Shown here in pieces: positions 36,614 to 50,479 of a stretch of 64,000 nt of DNA. The translations under genes and the position numbers were made by a program. How positions within the stretch are numbered: the first letter of the stretch is position 1; each line of letters starts with the position of its first letter. The stretch is from Chiloscyllium plagiosum (lineage: Eukaryota): the NCBI RefSeq assembly GCF_004010195.1, contig NC_057750.1, positions 5,900,442 to 5,964,441 on the forward strand, written 5' to 3'. The notes beneath the pieces are model-generated. The model saw only the letters and a program-made list of their open reading frames with translations, was not told the origin of the DNA and did no database searches.

Positions 36614-37384
36614 GGTGGAGCTGGGAGGCAAGAGGCAACTGTAGCATTAGCACACGAGGAGGAAAAAGACAAGTTTCACTTTTGACATGGCAACAATCTT
36701 CCCAACCTTCATTGTTCATTTATATAGCAACCACAGGATCCCCCAAAATGTTTAATGCCCAGAGGGAAAGATCACTAAAGGTAAAATGTAATATTTTGAA
36801 CTGAATGTGCTGGTTGTGCTGGAGTTCCATTTTGAAGTATACAATTCAGACGAGTCAGTTTCTTTTGCCAGTTTAATTGTTAATGTTTCCCTCAAGGGCA
36901 ATCAATCATTTCGTTTTTAATATTACTAGAAAAAACAGACATGCTGTCAAGGGTTTTCATTTTGCACTCTCCAGGACAGAATCATAGGAATTCCAAATTT
37001 CAAAGGGATTGTATTACCAAGCATCACTTTTGAATTGTAGTTACTGTTGTAATATAGAAAATGTCCATACTGCAAGCTCCCAGAAACAATAATGCGATTA
37101 TGTCCAGATAATCATTTTTTGTGATTTGACTTGATTTATTATTGCCACATACAGTGAAAAGTTTTTGTTTTGCTTGCAATACAGGCAGATCATACCACGC
37201 AAAGTGCATTAAGGTGATAGAACTGAGCAAGGAATACAATGTTACTGCTGCAGAGAAGGTGCACAAAAAACAGCAAGATCAACATTTAAATTTAAAATTG
37301 GAGAGGTCCATTCAGAAGTCTAATAGCAACAGGGAAGAAGCTGTTCTTGAATCTGTTGTAGTTGGGAAATCATTTTGTGGTTGT

Positions 37385-38082
37385 ACAGGATATTTGTTAG
37401 ATCACTTTTGGAATATTGCATTCCATTCTGGTCTCCCTGCCACAGGAAATGATTTGGAGATGCCAGTGTTGGACTGGGATGTACAAAGTTAAAAATGAAG
37501 GAGCGGTGCTCTGAAAGCTACTGCTTCCAATGAAACCTGTTGGACTATAACCTGGTGTTGTGTGATTTTTGACTTTGCTATAGGAAAGATGTTGTGAAAT
37601 TTGAAAGGGTTCAGAAAAGATTTAAAAGGATGTTGCCAGGGTTTGAGCTCTAAGGAGAGGCTGAATAGGCTGGGACTATTTTCCTTGGAGCTTCAGAGGC
37701 TGAGGGGTGACCTTTTAGAAGTTTATAAAATCATGAGGGGCAAGTATAGGGTGAACAGCCAAGGTCTTTTCCCTAAGGTAGGGGAGTCCAAAACTAGAGG
37801 GCATAGGTTTAAGATGAGAGGGGAAAGATTTAAAAGGGACTTAAGGGGCAACCTTTTCACGCAGAGGGTGGTGTGTGTATGGAATGAGCTTCCAGAGGAG
37901 GTGGTGGAGGCTGATACAATTACAACATTTAAAAGGCATCTGGATGGGGATATGAATAGGAAGGGTTTAGAGTGACATGGGCCAAATGCTGGCAAATGGG
38001 ACTAGATTAATTTAGGATATCTGGTCGACATGGATGAGTTGGACCGAAGGGTCTGTTTCTGTGCTGTACATCTCTGCGACAC
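37385..38082 (+). mobile_element. CR1 3' fragment with a nested Penelope-like repeat (~37450-37576)
   Basis: RLRGDLLEVYKIMRG..RGHRFK..FTQRVV; CR1 tail. Confidence 0.85.
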
Positions 38083-39204
38083 TATTTTTGTGATGTTGTT
38101 TGAGGGACGACTATCAGCTGGGACACTGATGAGAGCTCCCAGCCAAGACAGGGGATCTCTCGAGCCCACTTGATAGTGTTTATTATAACATCTGCAAGAT
38201 TGTGTCTTTGACCAGCTGGGCTGGGAGTGTCACCCTTGATTTTTCTGAGCTCAGGTCTCAGGTGTGGATGTTGAACCCACAGCCTTCTAATCAGCTTAGA
38301 GACTCCCCTATAAAATGGTGGAGGTGGAGGCCCATAAAGGCTGAATGACAGCTCCCTAAAAGGAAAAACATTTTTTTTTTAAATCTTAATACTGGGAAAT
38401 GGGACATATTGGTCTTTCTGTTTTGAGACTAGTCAGACCAGGATATCTCCTTGACCAAATCTGATGACATCACTGGATCTGAAATTTTGACCTAGCTTTC
38501 TCTCCAAGGATGCTGCCAGATCCACTGAGTTTCACCAATAATTTCTGTTTTTAATTTCATTTACCAGTTCAACTGCTTTTTCCTTTTTCAAAACAGTTCC
38601 ATCAGCTCAGTTGACTGGAGGTTGGTTTGCAATGCAGAGTGATACCAACAGCATAAGTTCAATTCCTGACACCAGCTGAGGTCACCACAAAGGTCCTGTC
38701 TTCTCAGCTTCACTTGAGGAGTGATGACCCTCTGGTTAAGTTCACTACCGTGTGGCCCTCTGGGATGATGGCAACTTTGTCTTTATCTTATTTCTAGATT
38801 GAGGACCATAGATGCCTTTTCTCATTCATTCGATTGCATGTGTACTTCCATGTGATTGAGGCCAGAGATACCAACAGTGGGAAAGAATTCAAGTGTTTTC
38901 TAAAAAGTCCAGACTTTTTTTTTCCAACTTTCCCCTGGGAATCACTGCCACCAAACACATGGTAGTATTTCTCTGGGGAACGAGAATCAGGAGATCCACT
39001 TGTGGAATCTTAGGGCTCATCCAGATTTCAAATTGAACTTATAGTGTATTTCAGTGGTCCTAATACATCAAGGATATGGGCTATGTCCTGTTAGGCACAA
39101 CTCTAAATGAGAATTACATTTACTGGGACCTAATACTTGAACTTATAAAGTGTATAAAGGTAGTAAGAAGACCCATGGATTGTTATCAAATAACACTTGA
39201 CAAT

Positions 39205-39700
39205 TATAGAAAGGATATTGTTAAGCTGTAGAAGGTTCAGAAGTGATTGACCAGGATGTTGCTGGGTGTGAAAGGTTTGAGTCATAGTGAAAGGCTGGAT
39301 AGGCTGGGACATTTTTCACTGGAAAGTAGGAGGTTGAGAGGTGACCTTAAAAAGGTCTATAAAATCATGAGGGGTATAGATAAGCTAATGGTAGGTGTCT
39401 TTTCTCTAGGATGGGGGATTTCAAGACTACAGGGTACATTTTTAAGGTGAGAGGAGAGACATTTAAAAAAGACATGGGGGCAAATTTTTTACACAGAGTT
39501 TGGTTTGCAGGTGGAATGAACTTCCTGAGGATATGGGGCCAGTTACAATGTGTTAAAAAAAAACATAGATAAGTACATGAATAAGAAAGGCTTGGAGGAC
39601 TATCGACCAGGAACAGGCAGGTGGAACTTGTTTAGTTTGGGATTATGTTTGGCATGGACCGGTTAGACTGAAGAGTCTGTTTCCATGCTGTATGACTCTA
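39205..39700 (+). mobile_element. CR1 3' fragment
   Basis: RLDRLGHFSLESRRLRGDL; CR1 tail. Confidence 0.8.
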
Positions 39701-40830
39701 TTAAGTCACATAAGGAGATATTAAGACATACAGCTAAAATCTTTGTTAATTAAGTATGGAACATCAAAAAAAGGACAGAGAAGCAGAAATTCCAGGGCTT
39801 AGGGTCCAGGTGGCTGACAACCAGTGGGTTGATTACAATTGGGGATGCTCAGAGACCAGAATTGGAGGAATGTGAGTTTTCAAGGCTGGAAGAGGTGACT
39901 TGCATGGACTAGTAGGGCTTACGTGGGCTATATTATCTGTTTTTGGAGCCATTTGATTGATGCATGTTAATTCAGCTCACTTCCTTCCTATGTCGTTGAC
40001 TGTGGAGCCCTCAAAAGTTCCCTGGTTACATGCCAGCTTTCTCTATTTACCAGTATGCTTAATTCCGACAGCAGCCCTCCAAATTTACAACATTATACCG
40101 AAGGCACTAACCAATAGTACGCTGCCATTCCCTTCAGGAATTCTCATCCTTCCATCAGGACCAATCTCTGTGTCAATTCTCAGCTTCCTGCAATTCCACC
40201 ACAAGCTACCATTTCCCTCCAGATCCCAGAAGATGAGGAGGGAAAACACAAACTAGGATTATGTTCCCTGGAAGAATAAGGGTGGTCTTCAAGAAATTAG
40301 AGGGAACAGATGATGATACAGCCGTGCACGGCATTGGTTAGACCACATCTAGAATACCGCATGAGGAGATGGTGATCCAAATAAGGAGCAGGAGTAGGCC
40401 ATTCAGCCCATCAAACCTGACCCACTATCAAATAAGATCATGGCGCATCTGATTGTAGCCTTAAATGTACATTCCCATCTACCCCGAAACCTCTTCACCC
40501 CCTTTCTCAACGGGAATCTATCTACCTCTGCCTTATTCTGCTTCCACCATCTACAGAGTAAGAGAGTTCCAAAGACCTATGATCCCCTGTGAGAAAAAGT
40601 TTTACCTCATCTTTGTGTTAAAGGGGATGTCCAACTGAGTAGAAGCATGGGACTTTTAAGTCAGAGTTGAGAGTTTACTTGTCTTAGGGAAGTTGTGAGC
40701 CTGTGAATTTCTCTGGTGGAGACAGGGTCATCGGATGTTGAGGTAGGCACATTTTTTGACTGACAAAGGAGTTAAGAGTTGTGGGGAGCAGGCAAGCAAG
40801 TGAAACTGAAACAATAATCAGATCAGCCAT

Positions 40831-41264
40831 TGAAATAACCGCACAGAGGCTGGTATCCCATCACCAAATCACCCTTTATTCACACGTGCACAGTACATGG
40901 GCTCTGACCGACCAGCTTAGAGCCAGAATCTAGAATGAGAAGACTGTCTGAATCTCCTGTTTATTTTTTTTTTGTTCTTTCTTTTTTCTCTTTTTCTTTG
41001 TAGTGCTTATTTTTCCCCAGCACCCATGTTGAATCTCCTCTTTATATCTGTTGGCCAGGACTCCCTTATTGGGAGAAAATGAGGACTGCAATTGTTGGAG
41101 ATCAGAGTCAAAACGTGTGGCGCGGGAAAAGCACAGCAGGTCAGTTAACATCTGAGGAGCAGGAGAATGGACATTTCGGGCATAAGCCCTTCATCAGGAT
41201 TGGCCTCCTGATTGGCCCAGGTTAACAACCCCAATATCACCTGGCCCTCATTCCAATCACTATA
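40831..41264 (-). mobile_element. Solo LTR related to the LTRs at 1655/4627
   Basis: Reverse complement runs from TATAGTGATTGGAATGAGG to GGTGATGGGATACCAGCCTCTGTGCGGTTATTTCA. Perfect 5-bp TSD GCCAT (40826-40830 / 41265-41269). Contains an A-rich insert (40965-41029) and a Penelope-like repeat (~41072-41198). Confidence 0.8.
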
Positions 41265-41599
41265 GCCATGATCTTGATGGAGTAGAGAAACAAACTTGAG
41301 TGGCCCACTCCTGCTCCAAATTTGAAGATTTATTTGAGGTCTTGAGGCCTCGGGGGTAGAGACTGAATATTAGAGGTGGACCTTTCAGGAGTGAAATTTG
41401 GGACCACTTCACACAAAGGGAAGTAGATGATTTGACCTCTTTTCTCCAATAGTGACTGGTGCTGGATTAATTGTTAATTTGTCAATCACATGAATAGAGG
41501 ATTGACTAATGGACAGGAAGCAGACAACAGGACTTTAAGTCAGAGTTGAGAAGACGCACGGGTCATTTTTAAGTCAACATGTTTTGACTTGGGCAGGAA

Positions 41600-43095
41600 C
41601 AGGACCATTAGCCACGAGTGAGGTCACAGAAAACTGGAAGGTAGCGAATGTTGTGCCATTATTCAAGAAGGGCTGCAAAGAAAAGTCTTTGAACTATAGA
41701 CCAGTAAGCTTAACATCTGTGGTGGGTAAGTTACTTGAGAAGATTATGAGGGATAAGATGTAGATGCTTTGGAAAGACAGGGCTTGATTAGAAGTAGTCA
41801 GTATGGCTTTGTGAGTGGGAGATCATGCCCCACAAATTTGTTAGAGTTCTTTAATGAAATGACCAGGAAGGTTGACGAGGGCAGGGCGGTAGCTGTAGTC
41901 AGTAAGCCCTTTGATAAGGTTCCACATGGTAGGCTGCACGGGACAGTTAGATTGCATGGAATCCAGTGTGAGCTGGCAAATTGAACACAACATTGGCTTG
42001 ATGGTAGGAAACAGAAGGTAATAGTGGAAGGATACTTGTCAGACTGGAGGTCTGTGACTACTATAGGAGTGCCACAGGGGTCAGTGCTGGACCCATCACT
42101 GTGTTTGTTACCTGTATCAGTGATTTGGATGAAAATGTACAAGGCATGGTTGGTAAGCTTGCTGATGACACTAAAATAGGTGGTATCATGGACAGTGAGG
42201 AAGGTTATCAGAAATTGCAGCAGGACCTTGATCAGCTGGGGAAGTGGGCCGAGAAATGGCAAATGGAGTTTAATATAGATGAGTGAGGTCTTGCATTTTG
42301 GAAAGTCAAATCAGGGTAGGGGTTTCATGGTGAATGAATAGGGCCTTAAGGAGTGTAGTGGAACAGAGGGATTTTGGAGTTCCGGTTCATTGTTTTCTGA
42401 AAGTGGAGTCTCAGGTAGACAGGACAGTGAAGAAGGCTTTTAGCACATTGGCCTCCAGTCAGGCATTGAGTATAAAAGTTGGGAAGTTATGTTACAGTTG
42501 TACGGGACATTGATGAGGCTAAATTTGGAGTATTATGTTCCGGTTTGGTCACCTTGTTATAGGAAGGATGTTATTAAACTGGAAAGAGTGCAGAAGAAAT
42601 TTACAAGAATGTTGCCTAGAATCAACGGTCTGAGTTATAGGGAGAGGCTGGGGGACAAGCTAGCACTTTTTTTTTCTTTAGAGGGTAGGAGACTGAGGAA
42701 GGACTTTATAGAAGTGAATAAGATCATGAGAGGCATGGATAGGGTGAATGCACTCAGTCTTTTTCCCAGGGTTGAGGAATCTAGGACTAGAGGGCATCCG
42801 TTTAAGGTTAGAGGGGTAAGAATAAAAGCGAACCTGAGGGGCAACGTTTTTTATAAAGAGGGTGGGACACATATGGAATAAGTTGTCAGTAGAAGTGGTT
42901 GAGGCATTTAACATTTTATTAACATTAAAATTAATATTTTAAATGTTATCAACATTTAAAAGGCAATTGGACAAATACATGGAAAGGAAACGATGAGAAA
43001 TATTTTGACCAAGTGCAGGAAAATGAGGTTAGCGTGGATAGTCATTTTGGTCGGCATGGACCAGTTTGGGCCAAAGGGCCTGTCTCTATGCTGTA
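41600..43095 (+). mobile_element. Degraded 5'-truncated CR1 LINE
   Basis: GRSCPTNLLEFF, FDKVPHG, LADDTKIG, WSPCYRKDVIKLERVQ, RTRGH; CR1 tail. Confidence 0.85.
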
Positions 43096-43099
43096 GTAC

Positions 43100-43360
43100 T
43101 GAACGGCATGGTGGTTGAGTGGTTCAATCCCAGCCTTGGGCGACTGTCTGTGTGGAGTTTGCACATTCTCCCCATGTCTGCTTGGGTTTCCTCCCACAGT
43201 CCAAAGTTGTGCAGGTCAGGTGAATTGGCCATTCAAATTGCCCATAGTGTTAGGTGCATTAGTCAGAGGGAAATGGGTCTGGGTGGGTTACTCTTTGGAG
43301 AGTTGGTGTGGGCTTGTTGGGCCAAAGGGCCTGTTTTCACACTGTAGGGAATCAAATCTA
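43100..43360 (+). mobile_element. HE1-like V-SINE
   Basis: V-domain and GGCCAAAGGGCCTGTTTTCACACTGTA tail. Confidence 0.8.
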
Positions 43361-44329
43361 CTGTATGACTCTATAACTGATGTCTGGGGTGGTGGAGGGA
43401 GCTATTTCCTCACGTGATTGGGGAGGCTTTAAACTAAAATGGCAAAAGGATGGGAACCAATGCAAGGAGTCAGAGAAAGGGGAATAGGAAATGTAATCAG
43501 CAGAGAAATCAGGGCCACAGTGAAAAATGACGGGAATGGGGCAAACATTGTTACAAAGACTAGCCTTAAGGCTTTGCACCTTAATATGCAGAGCATTTGC
43601 AATAAAATGGATGAATTAATTGTGGAAATAGGTGAAAACAAATATATTAATAAGGATTTTGGAGACTTGGCTGTAGGGTGACTAGGAATGGTAACTGGAC
43701 ATCCATTTTGGTAGTAGACATTTGATGGCCTGAAGAGCCTCTTCTGATCTGTAAACTCCTACGATAAATCTGTGTTGCGGCTGAAAGTGTAGGTTGCAAA
43801 TCAGCCATGGCTTCGCTGAATGATAATTTCCAAAGGCTGAACAGCTTCCTCCTCTTATTATTGGACCGGGACATTGCTCCATCCTCTCTCCCTTTATCTT
43901 CCTCCCTTCTTTCACCTTCATTTGATCCACGCATTCTCTAACCCCAGAGGTCAGGACCTTAAAATTGAAAAATAGGTCTCAACAAACTAAAATAATGCTC
44001 AGCAGGTTGTGTGGAGTTGACTGGCTGGATGCTCTTCCATTGGTTTTAAGGAAAGAGCGTTATAGGTCAGCTTCTTCCATTTCCTGCAAAAATCCATTTT
44101 TTTTTCAAAATCAGGACTTTAAGGTATATAGGATTTCACCGATAGAGGGGCTTTGTTGAAAAAGTAGTTTGTGGTAATTCATCGTAATTGGCAAATTTGA
44201 GCTTATGCAAAGCCCTGTTTAAGAACTCACACCAAATCTCGCCGACCAATGTTGTCCTCCAGTTAATCGACAACTTGATTTTAAAGTTCTCATCCTGACT
44301 TTCAAACTCCTCTACCTCTGTAATCTTAT

Positions 44330-44672
44330 CATAGAATCCCTACAGTGTGGAAACAGGACATTCGGCCCACTAAGTCCACACCAACCCTCCGAAAAGCACT
44401 CCACCCGGACTCAATCCTTATCCTGTCCCAGTAATGCTGCATTTTCTATTGCTAATCCACCTAACCTACACATCCCTGGACACAATCAGGCAATTTAACA
44501 TGGCCAGTCCGCCTAACCTATACATCTTTGGGAGGATACCAGAGCACCCGGAGGAAACCCACATAGACATGGGGAGAATTATGCAAACTCCACACAGACA
44601 GTTGCCTAAGGTTGGAATTGAACCTGAATCCCTGGTGCTGTGAGGCAGCAGTGCTAACCACTAAACCACTGT
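44330..44672 (-). mobile_element. HE1-like V-SINE
   Basis: Reverse-complement head GCAGCAGTGCTAACCAC plus V-domain. Confidence 0.85.
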
Positions 44673-45024
44673 GCTACATCAAATCTCTCCGACAACTCTT
44701 ATAGATCTCTGCAGTCTTCCAATTCTTGCTTCTTTAACATCCTCAATTTTAATCACACCTTCAGCTGCATTCGCCTCAAGCTCTGGAATTTCCTCCCTAA
44801 ACTTTGTCTCTTCTTTGAGGTGCTCCTTAGAATCTACTTCTTTGAACAAGTTTTTGCCTTGGTATCTCCTTATGATTTCAAACTTTGTTGGAAAACACTT
44901 TGTTGAAATGAGGATAGGTTACTGCCTCAAACAAATTAATTAGGAGCACAAATAGGCCATTTGGTGCTTCAAACATTTCCTAAAGGCACTATACAATGCA
45001 AGTTGTTATTGTGTATACACCAGG

Positions 45025-45312
45025 ATGGCACTATGGGTTAGTGGCTAGCACTGCTGCTTCACTGTGCCAGAGACCAAGGTTTAATTCCAGCCTCGGGCGA
45101 CTGTCTGTGAGGAGTTTGCACATTCTCTCCACGTCTACATGGGTTTCCTCTGGGTGTTCCAGTTTCCTCCCACAGCCCAAAGATGTGCAGGTTCAGTGGA
45201 TTGGCCTTGGGAAATGTAGGGTTATGGGAATAGGTCTGGGTGGAGTGCTCTTCAGAGGGTTAGTATGGTGTCGATGGGCTGAATGGCCTGCCTACATGCT
45301 GTAGGGGATCTA
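45025..45312 (+). mobile_element. HE1-like V-SINE
   Basis: Head, V-domain and tail. Confidence 0.82.
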
Positions 45313-46631
45313 TAATTCAGTGGTGAATGACATGGATGTTCTTATAGCGCAGATGGAGATCATTTAACTCTTCATGTCTTTACCAGCTTTCCCAATGAAC
45401 AATTCACTTAACACCATTCCTCTACCTTCACCCAGTAAACTTTTACACACTTCCTTTTCTAGTAACAGGCTAATTCTCTTCTGAAAACCACAACTGAATC
45501 TGCCTCCATACATTCTCAAGCAGTGCATTCCAGATCGTAACCGCTGCTGCCTCACAGTGCCATGGCAGGATTCACACTGAACCCCCCAGAACATTAACTA
45601 GATCTCTAGATTAACAAGTCAGCAATAATTACTACTCGTCCCACTGCCTCCCATCTACATTTTGCTTTCTCACAGAGGCTGCACAAGTGATCTCAGGTTT
45701 GAGGAATTTCAGTGACATGGGGAGATTGGAATAACCCAAGAACTGTTAGAGCAGGGAGGGTGACGGAGAGATTTACTGAATGTTTTTGAAATTGCATTTT
45801 TATAGAATAAGGAAGGCTTGGTAACTAGAGGGACACAGACTTGAGATAAGTGACAAATGAATCAGAGCGAGAGATGAGAGGTATTTTTAACACAGTGATT
45901 TGATCTGATATGGAGCGCCCTGCCTGAAAGGGTGGTGGAAGCAGATTCAATAGAAACTTTCAAAAGGGAATTGGTTTAATAGCTATAAGGAGGGAAAATA
46001 AATATGCAGGACACTGGGGTGATACCAGGGCAGAATGGAGTACATGGGGAATGAGAAGAACCATTTTGCTCTTTCAAAGCCAGGAGCAAGAGACTGAATG
46101 GAAACCTCTCTCACCTGTGTGGATCTATGATTGGTTATTTAACCCCAAATCTTGCTGTGGTGCTCTAAACTACATGTTGGAAAGAGCGAGGGGTTAGGCT
46201 GAGGCACGATGGGCTCAATGGTCTCATTAGGTTCTGCAGGACTGCATCATGTGTGAGCGACTGCTTTGTAAAGAAACCACATGATGTGCAGACGTGACAA
46301 AATAGTGTCAGTCAACTGTGTCCTTCTCTGCAAAGTGTGTGTGGTTTGCAGATGATGTGCGGAAAGGACCAATCTGCGTGACAGTTATAATCTATCTGAC
46401 AGACATGGCTAAACTGTCCCTTCGGTACATCAGGGGAAGAGTCCGAGCACAACTGATGATAGTCTTAATCTGTCTCACAGACAGAAAGACAGGGGTAATA
46501 GCAATCAAATATTTCAAATGAAACAGGGATTGCAGCCAAGAGATCAGGACTATGCTCGGCATAGTGCAGAAGGAGGCCATTTGGCCCACTGTGTCTATGC
46601 TGTCTCTTCCAGAAAGCTTCCCAATTAATTG

Positions 46632-46950
46632 GGGCAGCACGGTAGCACAGTGGTTAGCACTGCTGCCTCACAGCGCCAGAGACCGGGTTCAATTCCCGCC
46701 TCAGGCAACTGACTGTGTGGAGTTTGCACATTCTCCCCGTGTCTGCGTGGGTTTCCTCCGGGTGCTCCGGTTTCCTCCCACAATCCAAAAGTTGCAGGTT
46801 AGGTGAATTGGCCATGCTAAATTGCCCGTAGTGTTAGGTGAAGGAGTAAATGTAGGCGAATGGGTATGGGTATGGGTGGGTTGCTCTTTGGAGGGTTGGT
46901 GTGGACTTGTTGGGCTGAAGGGCCTGTTTCCACACTGTATCTAATCTAAT
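46632..46950 (+). mobile_element. HE1-like V-SINE, full length
   Basis: GGCAGCACGGTAGCACAGTGGTTAGC head and (CTAAT)n tail. Confidence 0.9.
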
Positions 46951-47529
46951 TCTCCTTCTCCATTCAATAGCCCTGTCCCTACTGCCTGTTCTTTAAACAT
47001 GGCTCCAATTCTTTATTTGGAAGTTACTCCTCTTCCTTTCTGGTAGGGAATTCGGATTTAACTCTCTCCACACAAACACTTTCTAAATCTGTGCATCCAC
47101 CCTACTCTGCAACCCCACCCCCACCCCAACACCTCCCAATTGATGACCAACATTTGTGTCTGTTTCTGCCAGTTTCTCTCTCTCTACCAAAATCCTTCAT
47201 AATTTGAGGTTTAGGGAGGGAAATCCAGAACTCAGGACCCAGCCTGTTGACAGTTACAGCTGCCAGTGGTGGAGAGATTAAAATTGTAGATATCTAAAGA
47301 TGTGTTAAAAAAAAAGAGTGCTTTCATCTACCCTTCTGTTTGACTATGGGGGACTGGAGCAGATAGCTATTAGAAATAGGATCAAGAGTAGAACATTTGG
47401 TCCGCCAAGCTTCATCCACCATTCAGTAAGATAATGGCTGATCTGATCAAGCCTCAACTCCATCTTCCTCCATTACCTCCTCCTTATTGGTTAAAACTCT
47501 AACTCAGTCTCGAACAATACTCATAAGAA

Positions 47530-48050
47530 CATAAGAACTAGGAGCAGGAGTAGGCCATCTGGTCCTTGAGCCTGTCCCACCATTCAATAAGATCATGGCT
47601 GATCTTTTCATGGACTCAGCTCCTCTTACCTGCCTACTCATTGTAAGCCTTAAATTCTTTACTGTTCAAAAATCTATCTTTGCCTTAAAAACATTCAACG
47701 AGGTAGCCTCAACTGCTTCACTGGGCAGGGAATTCCACAGATTCACAACCTTTTGGGTGAAGAAGTTCCTCCTCAGCTCAATCCTAAATCTGCTTCCCCT
47801 TATTTTGAGGCTATGCCCCCTAGTTCTAGTTTCACCCACCAGCGGAAACAATCTCCCTGCTTCTATCCTATCTATTCCTTTCATAATTTCAATGTTTCTA
47901 TAAGAAACCCCCACCTTCTCCTAAATTCAGTGAGTAGAGTCCCAGTCTTCTCAATCTCTCCTCATAAGGGCAATCTTCTTATTTCTGAAATCAACCAGTG
48001 AATCTCCACTGAAACACCTCCAGTGCCAATACGTCCTTTCTCAAGTAAGG
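47530..48050 (-). mobile_element. CR1 3' fragment
   Basis: RTRGHSLKIRG..FFTQKVVNLWNSLP; ATAAGAAC repeat tail. Confidence 0.8.
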
Positions 48051-48863
48051 ATGCTCAACAACCATTGATCTTGGGAGTAGAGAAATTTCTGCTCATCTCT
48101 TTCTTATTGGATACTTGGAGCATTGGATCCCGAGATAGAACCTCAGTTTAATGTCTCATTCGAAATGGTGGCATTTTTGATGATGCAACACTCTCCTGCT
48201 ATGGAAGCCTTATACAGAAATTAATCCTACATTGCTTAAAAGAAGCTGTGAATCGAAGAGGGTCCAAAAACTTAATTCCACCTGTCCCAAATTAAACAAT
48301 CTCAGCATATTGCAGGAATTAGCTCCTGGCCTCTTACATCTCTTTCTGTGATGCCCTCACAGTCAAATATCTTCTTGAAACTTGTGTGCAATTTGGGCTG
48401 GGACCTTTTTGCCCTATGCATCTGTACCCGAGTGCGATTCACCGCCTTAGGGGGCAGAGTGAGAGGTTGGAAATGGAGAACATAATTTTAGGAAAATGCA
48501 CATTCTCAGTTAAAGCTGCAATAGCGAGTGCAGCAGCTGCAATGTGAATTCAGTCACCTCTACCCCCAAGCCTCGACCACAAACACTGCCAATTACAGGG
48601 TGGACCCAGTGTAGCGAGGAGAGGGGGCTCAAAACAGCCTTAAAACCGAGGCAGTGGGGAATGAGGAGCAGGTCTGACAGGCAAAGGGACCCACTGGATC
48701 ACCTCATCAACATCCCCCTCACAACCTCAAATCTCCAGCCACTTCAATACTTCAGTAACCTCACATAAAACAATGACTGAGCCCAACTGCAAACATCACA
48801 AGTAACACCCAAAAATGTTTTCAATTTTAAAATGACATGGAAATTTTTTTTTTAAAAACTCAC

Positions 48864-49165
48864 TGAGTTCCGCCGATGTGTAAAATCCATCGTTCACAAT
48901 GTCTCAGGACAAGAAGCAAGATGTATTGTCGACCCTGTATGTTGACTAATTTTTCAGTGCATGAACTTCTCTTCAGATCCAACTAAAACTCCCTTTTTTT
49001 AAAGGAAAAACATTAGTCTTCCTTTATCACATTTCTCCTTCCGTGGTTCTGTTCCTTAAAGGTTGTTTTGAACTTTCTCTTCTTCCTCAGTCTCTCTCTC
49101 TCTCCCATTCGCTCTGCCCTCAGTCCATTTAAACTCCTTCACGCACCTTCCTGCTTTAAATTGAC
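48864..49165 (-). other. Candidate non-coding first exon and promoter of bmp16
   Basis: Non-repetitive island ending in a strong minus-strand donor TCA|GTGAGT (48863-48858), with TTTAAA TATA-like motifs near 49130-49160 and a GA-rich leader. The coding exon has an acceptor 7 nt before its ATG, so an upstream exon must exist. Confidence 0.35.
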
Positions 49166-50479
49166 CAGACACTGATGTCATATGTGGCAGTCAGCCAACA
49201 ATTCCATAAAATCAAAAAAAAAGCCTTGAAAAACAAAAATGAAAATACACACACACACACATATCTAATGTTGGAGGAAAATTGCCATTTCAATGTATCC
49301 AATTTGTCACGTATTGATAGGATTGATTTGCTTTCGGATTTGGGATGTCCCTCAAACCAGATCAGATCATAAAATCCCCAGATGTGTGTGGAAGCAGATT
49401 ATTCAGCCCATTGACTCCACACCACCCCTCCGAAAAGCATCCCACTCAGACCCAACCCTTATCCCTGTAACACTGCATTTTCCATGCCTAATCCACCAAG
49501 ACAGCGCATTTTTGGACCAGGATAAACAGGAATAGGTGTTTCTCTCACAATCCTAGAGCAGCACAGGTTTGATTTCACACTCGGGTGACTGCCTATGAGG
49601 ACTTCGCACGTTCTTCCAATTCTGCATGGGTTTCCACAAGGTGCTCCGGTTTCCTCCCACATTCCAAAGATGACCAGCTTAGGTGGATTGGCCATGCTCA
49701 ATTGCCTCATTGTGTCACAGGGATGTGCAGGCTAGATGGATTAACCATGGGAAATGCATGGTTATAGGGATAGGGTAGGGGGGTGGGTCTGGGTAGGACG
49801 CTATTTGGAGGGTTGGTGTGGACTCAATGGGCCGAACGGCCTGCTTCCACACTATGATATAGAAAGATTCTCCATTAAAGAAGAGGAACCTGAAAATATA
49901 AGGAAAAGCTAGTCTTTGTTGTCTACTTTCTCTGCCTTGATCTATTGGATAATAACTTCTAGAGAGTGGTGGGCAGTAAGGTTGCTATGGGAACAGGAGA
50001 AGGCCATTCAGCCCTTCAAGCCTGTACTGCACCATTTATTTAAGCCACAACTGCTCTTGTACCTCAGCGCAAAGTGTTTCCTGATTGATAACAGTGACGA
50101 TACATTTTATGGTTATGTCATTGGCTGAAAAATGCAATGAGATTTCTGCTGGGTGTGAAAAACATTATGTGTAGGGGGTCCCTGATTTAGAAACATCCAA
50201 CTTACAAACACTCATACTTGTGAACCCAACCCATACAGGGACATAGTTTTAAACATCCGACATGTATATTTCCTGTACTTATAAAAGACTGCTTTATATT
50301 GTCCTACAATGTGTTCCAACTTACATAGAAATTGACTCATAGACTCATACAGCACGGAAACAGACTGTGTGGTCGAACTTGTCTATATCGACCAAATACC
50401 GTAAATTAATGTAGTCCCATCTAAAATCATTCAGTCCCCTCCATCAACATTCATTAGCAGCAGTGTGCGCTATCCACAA

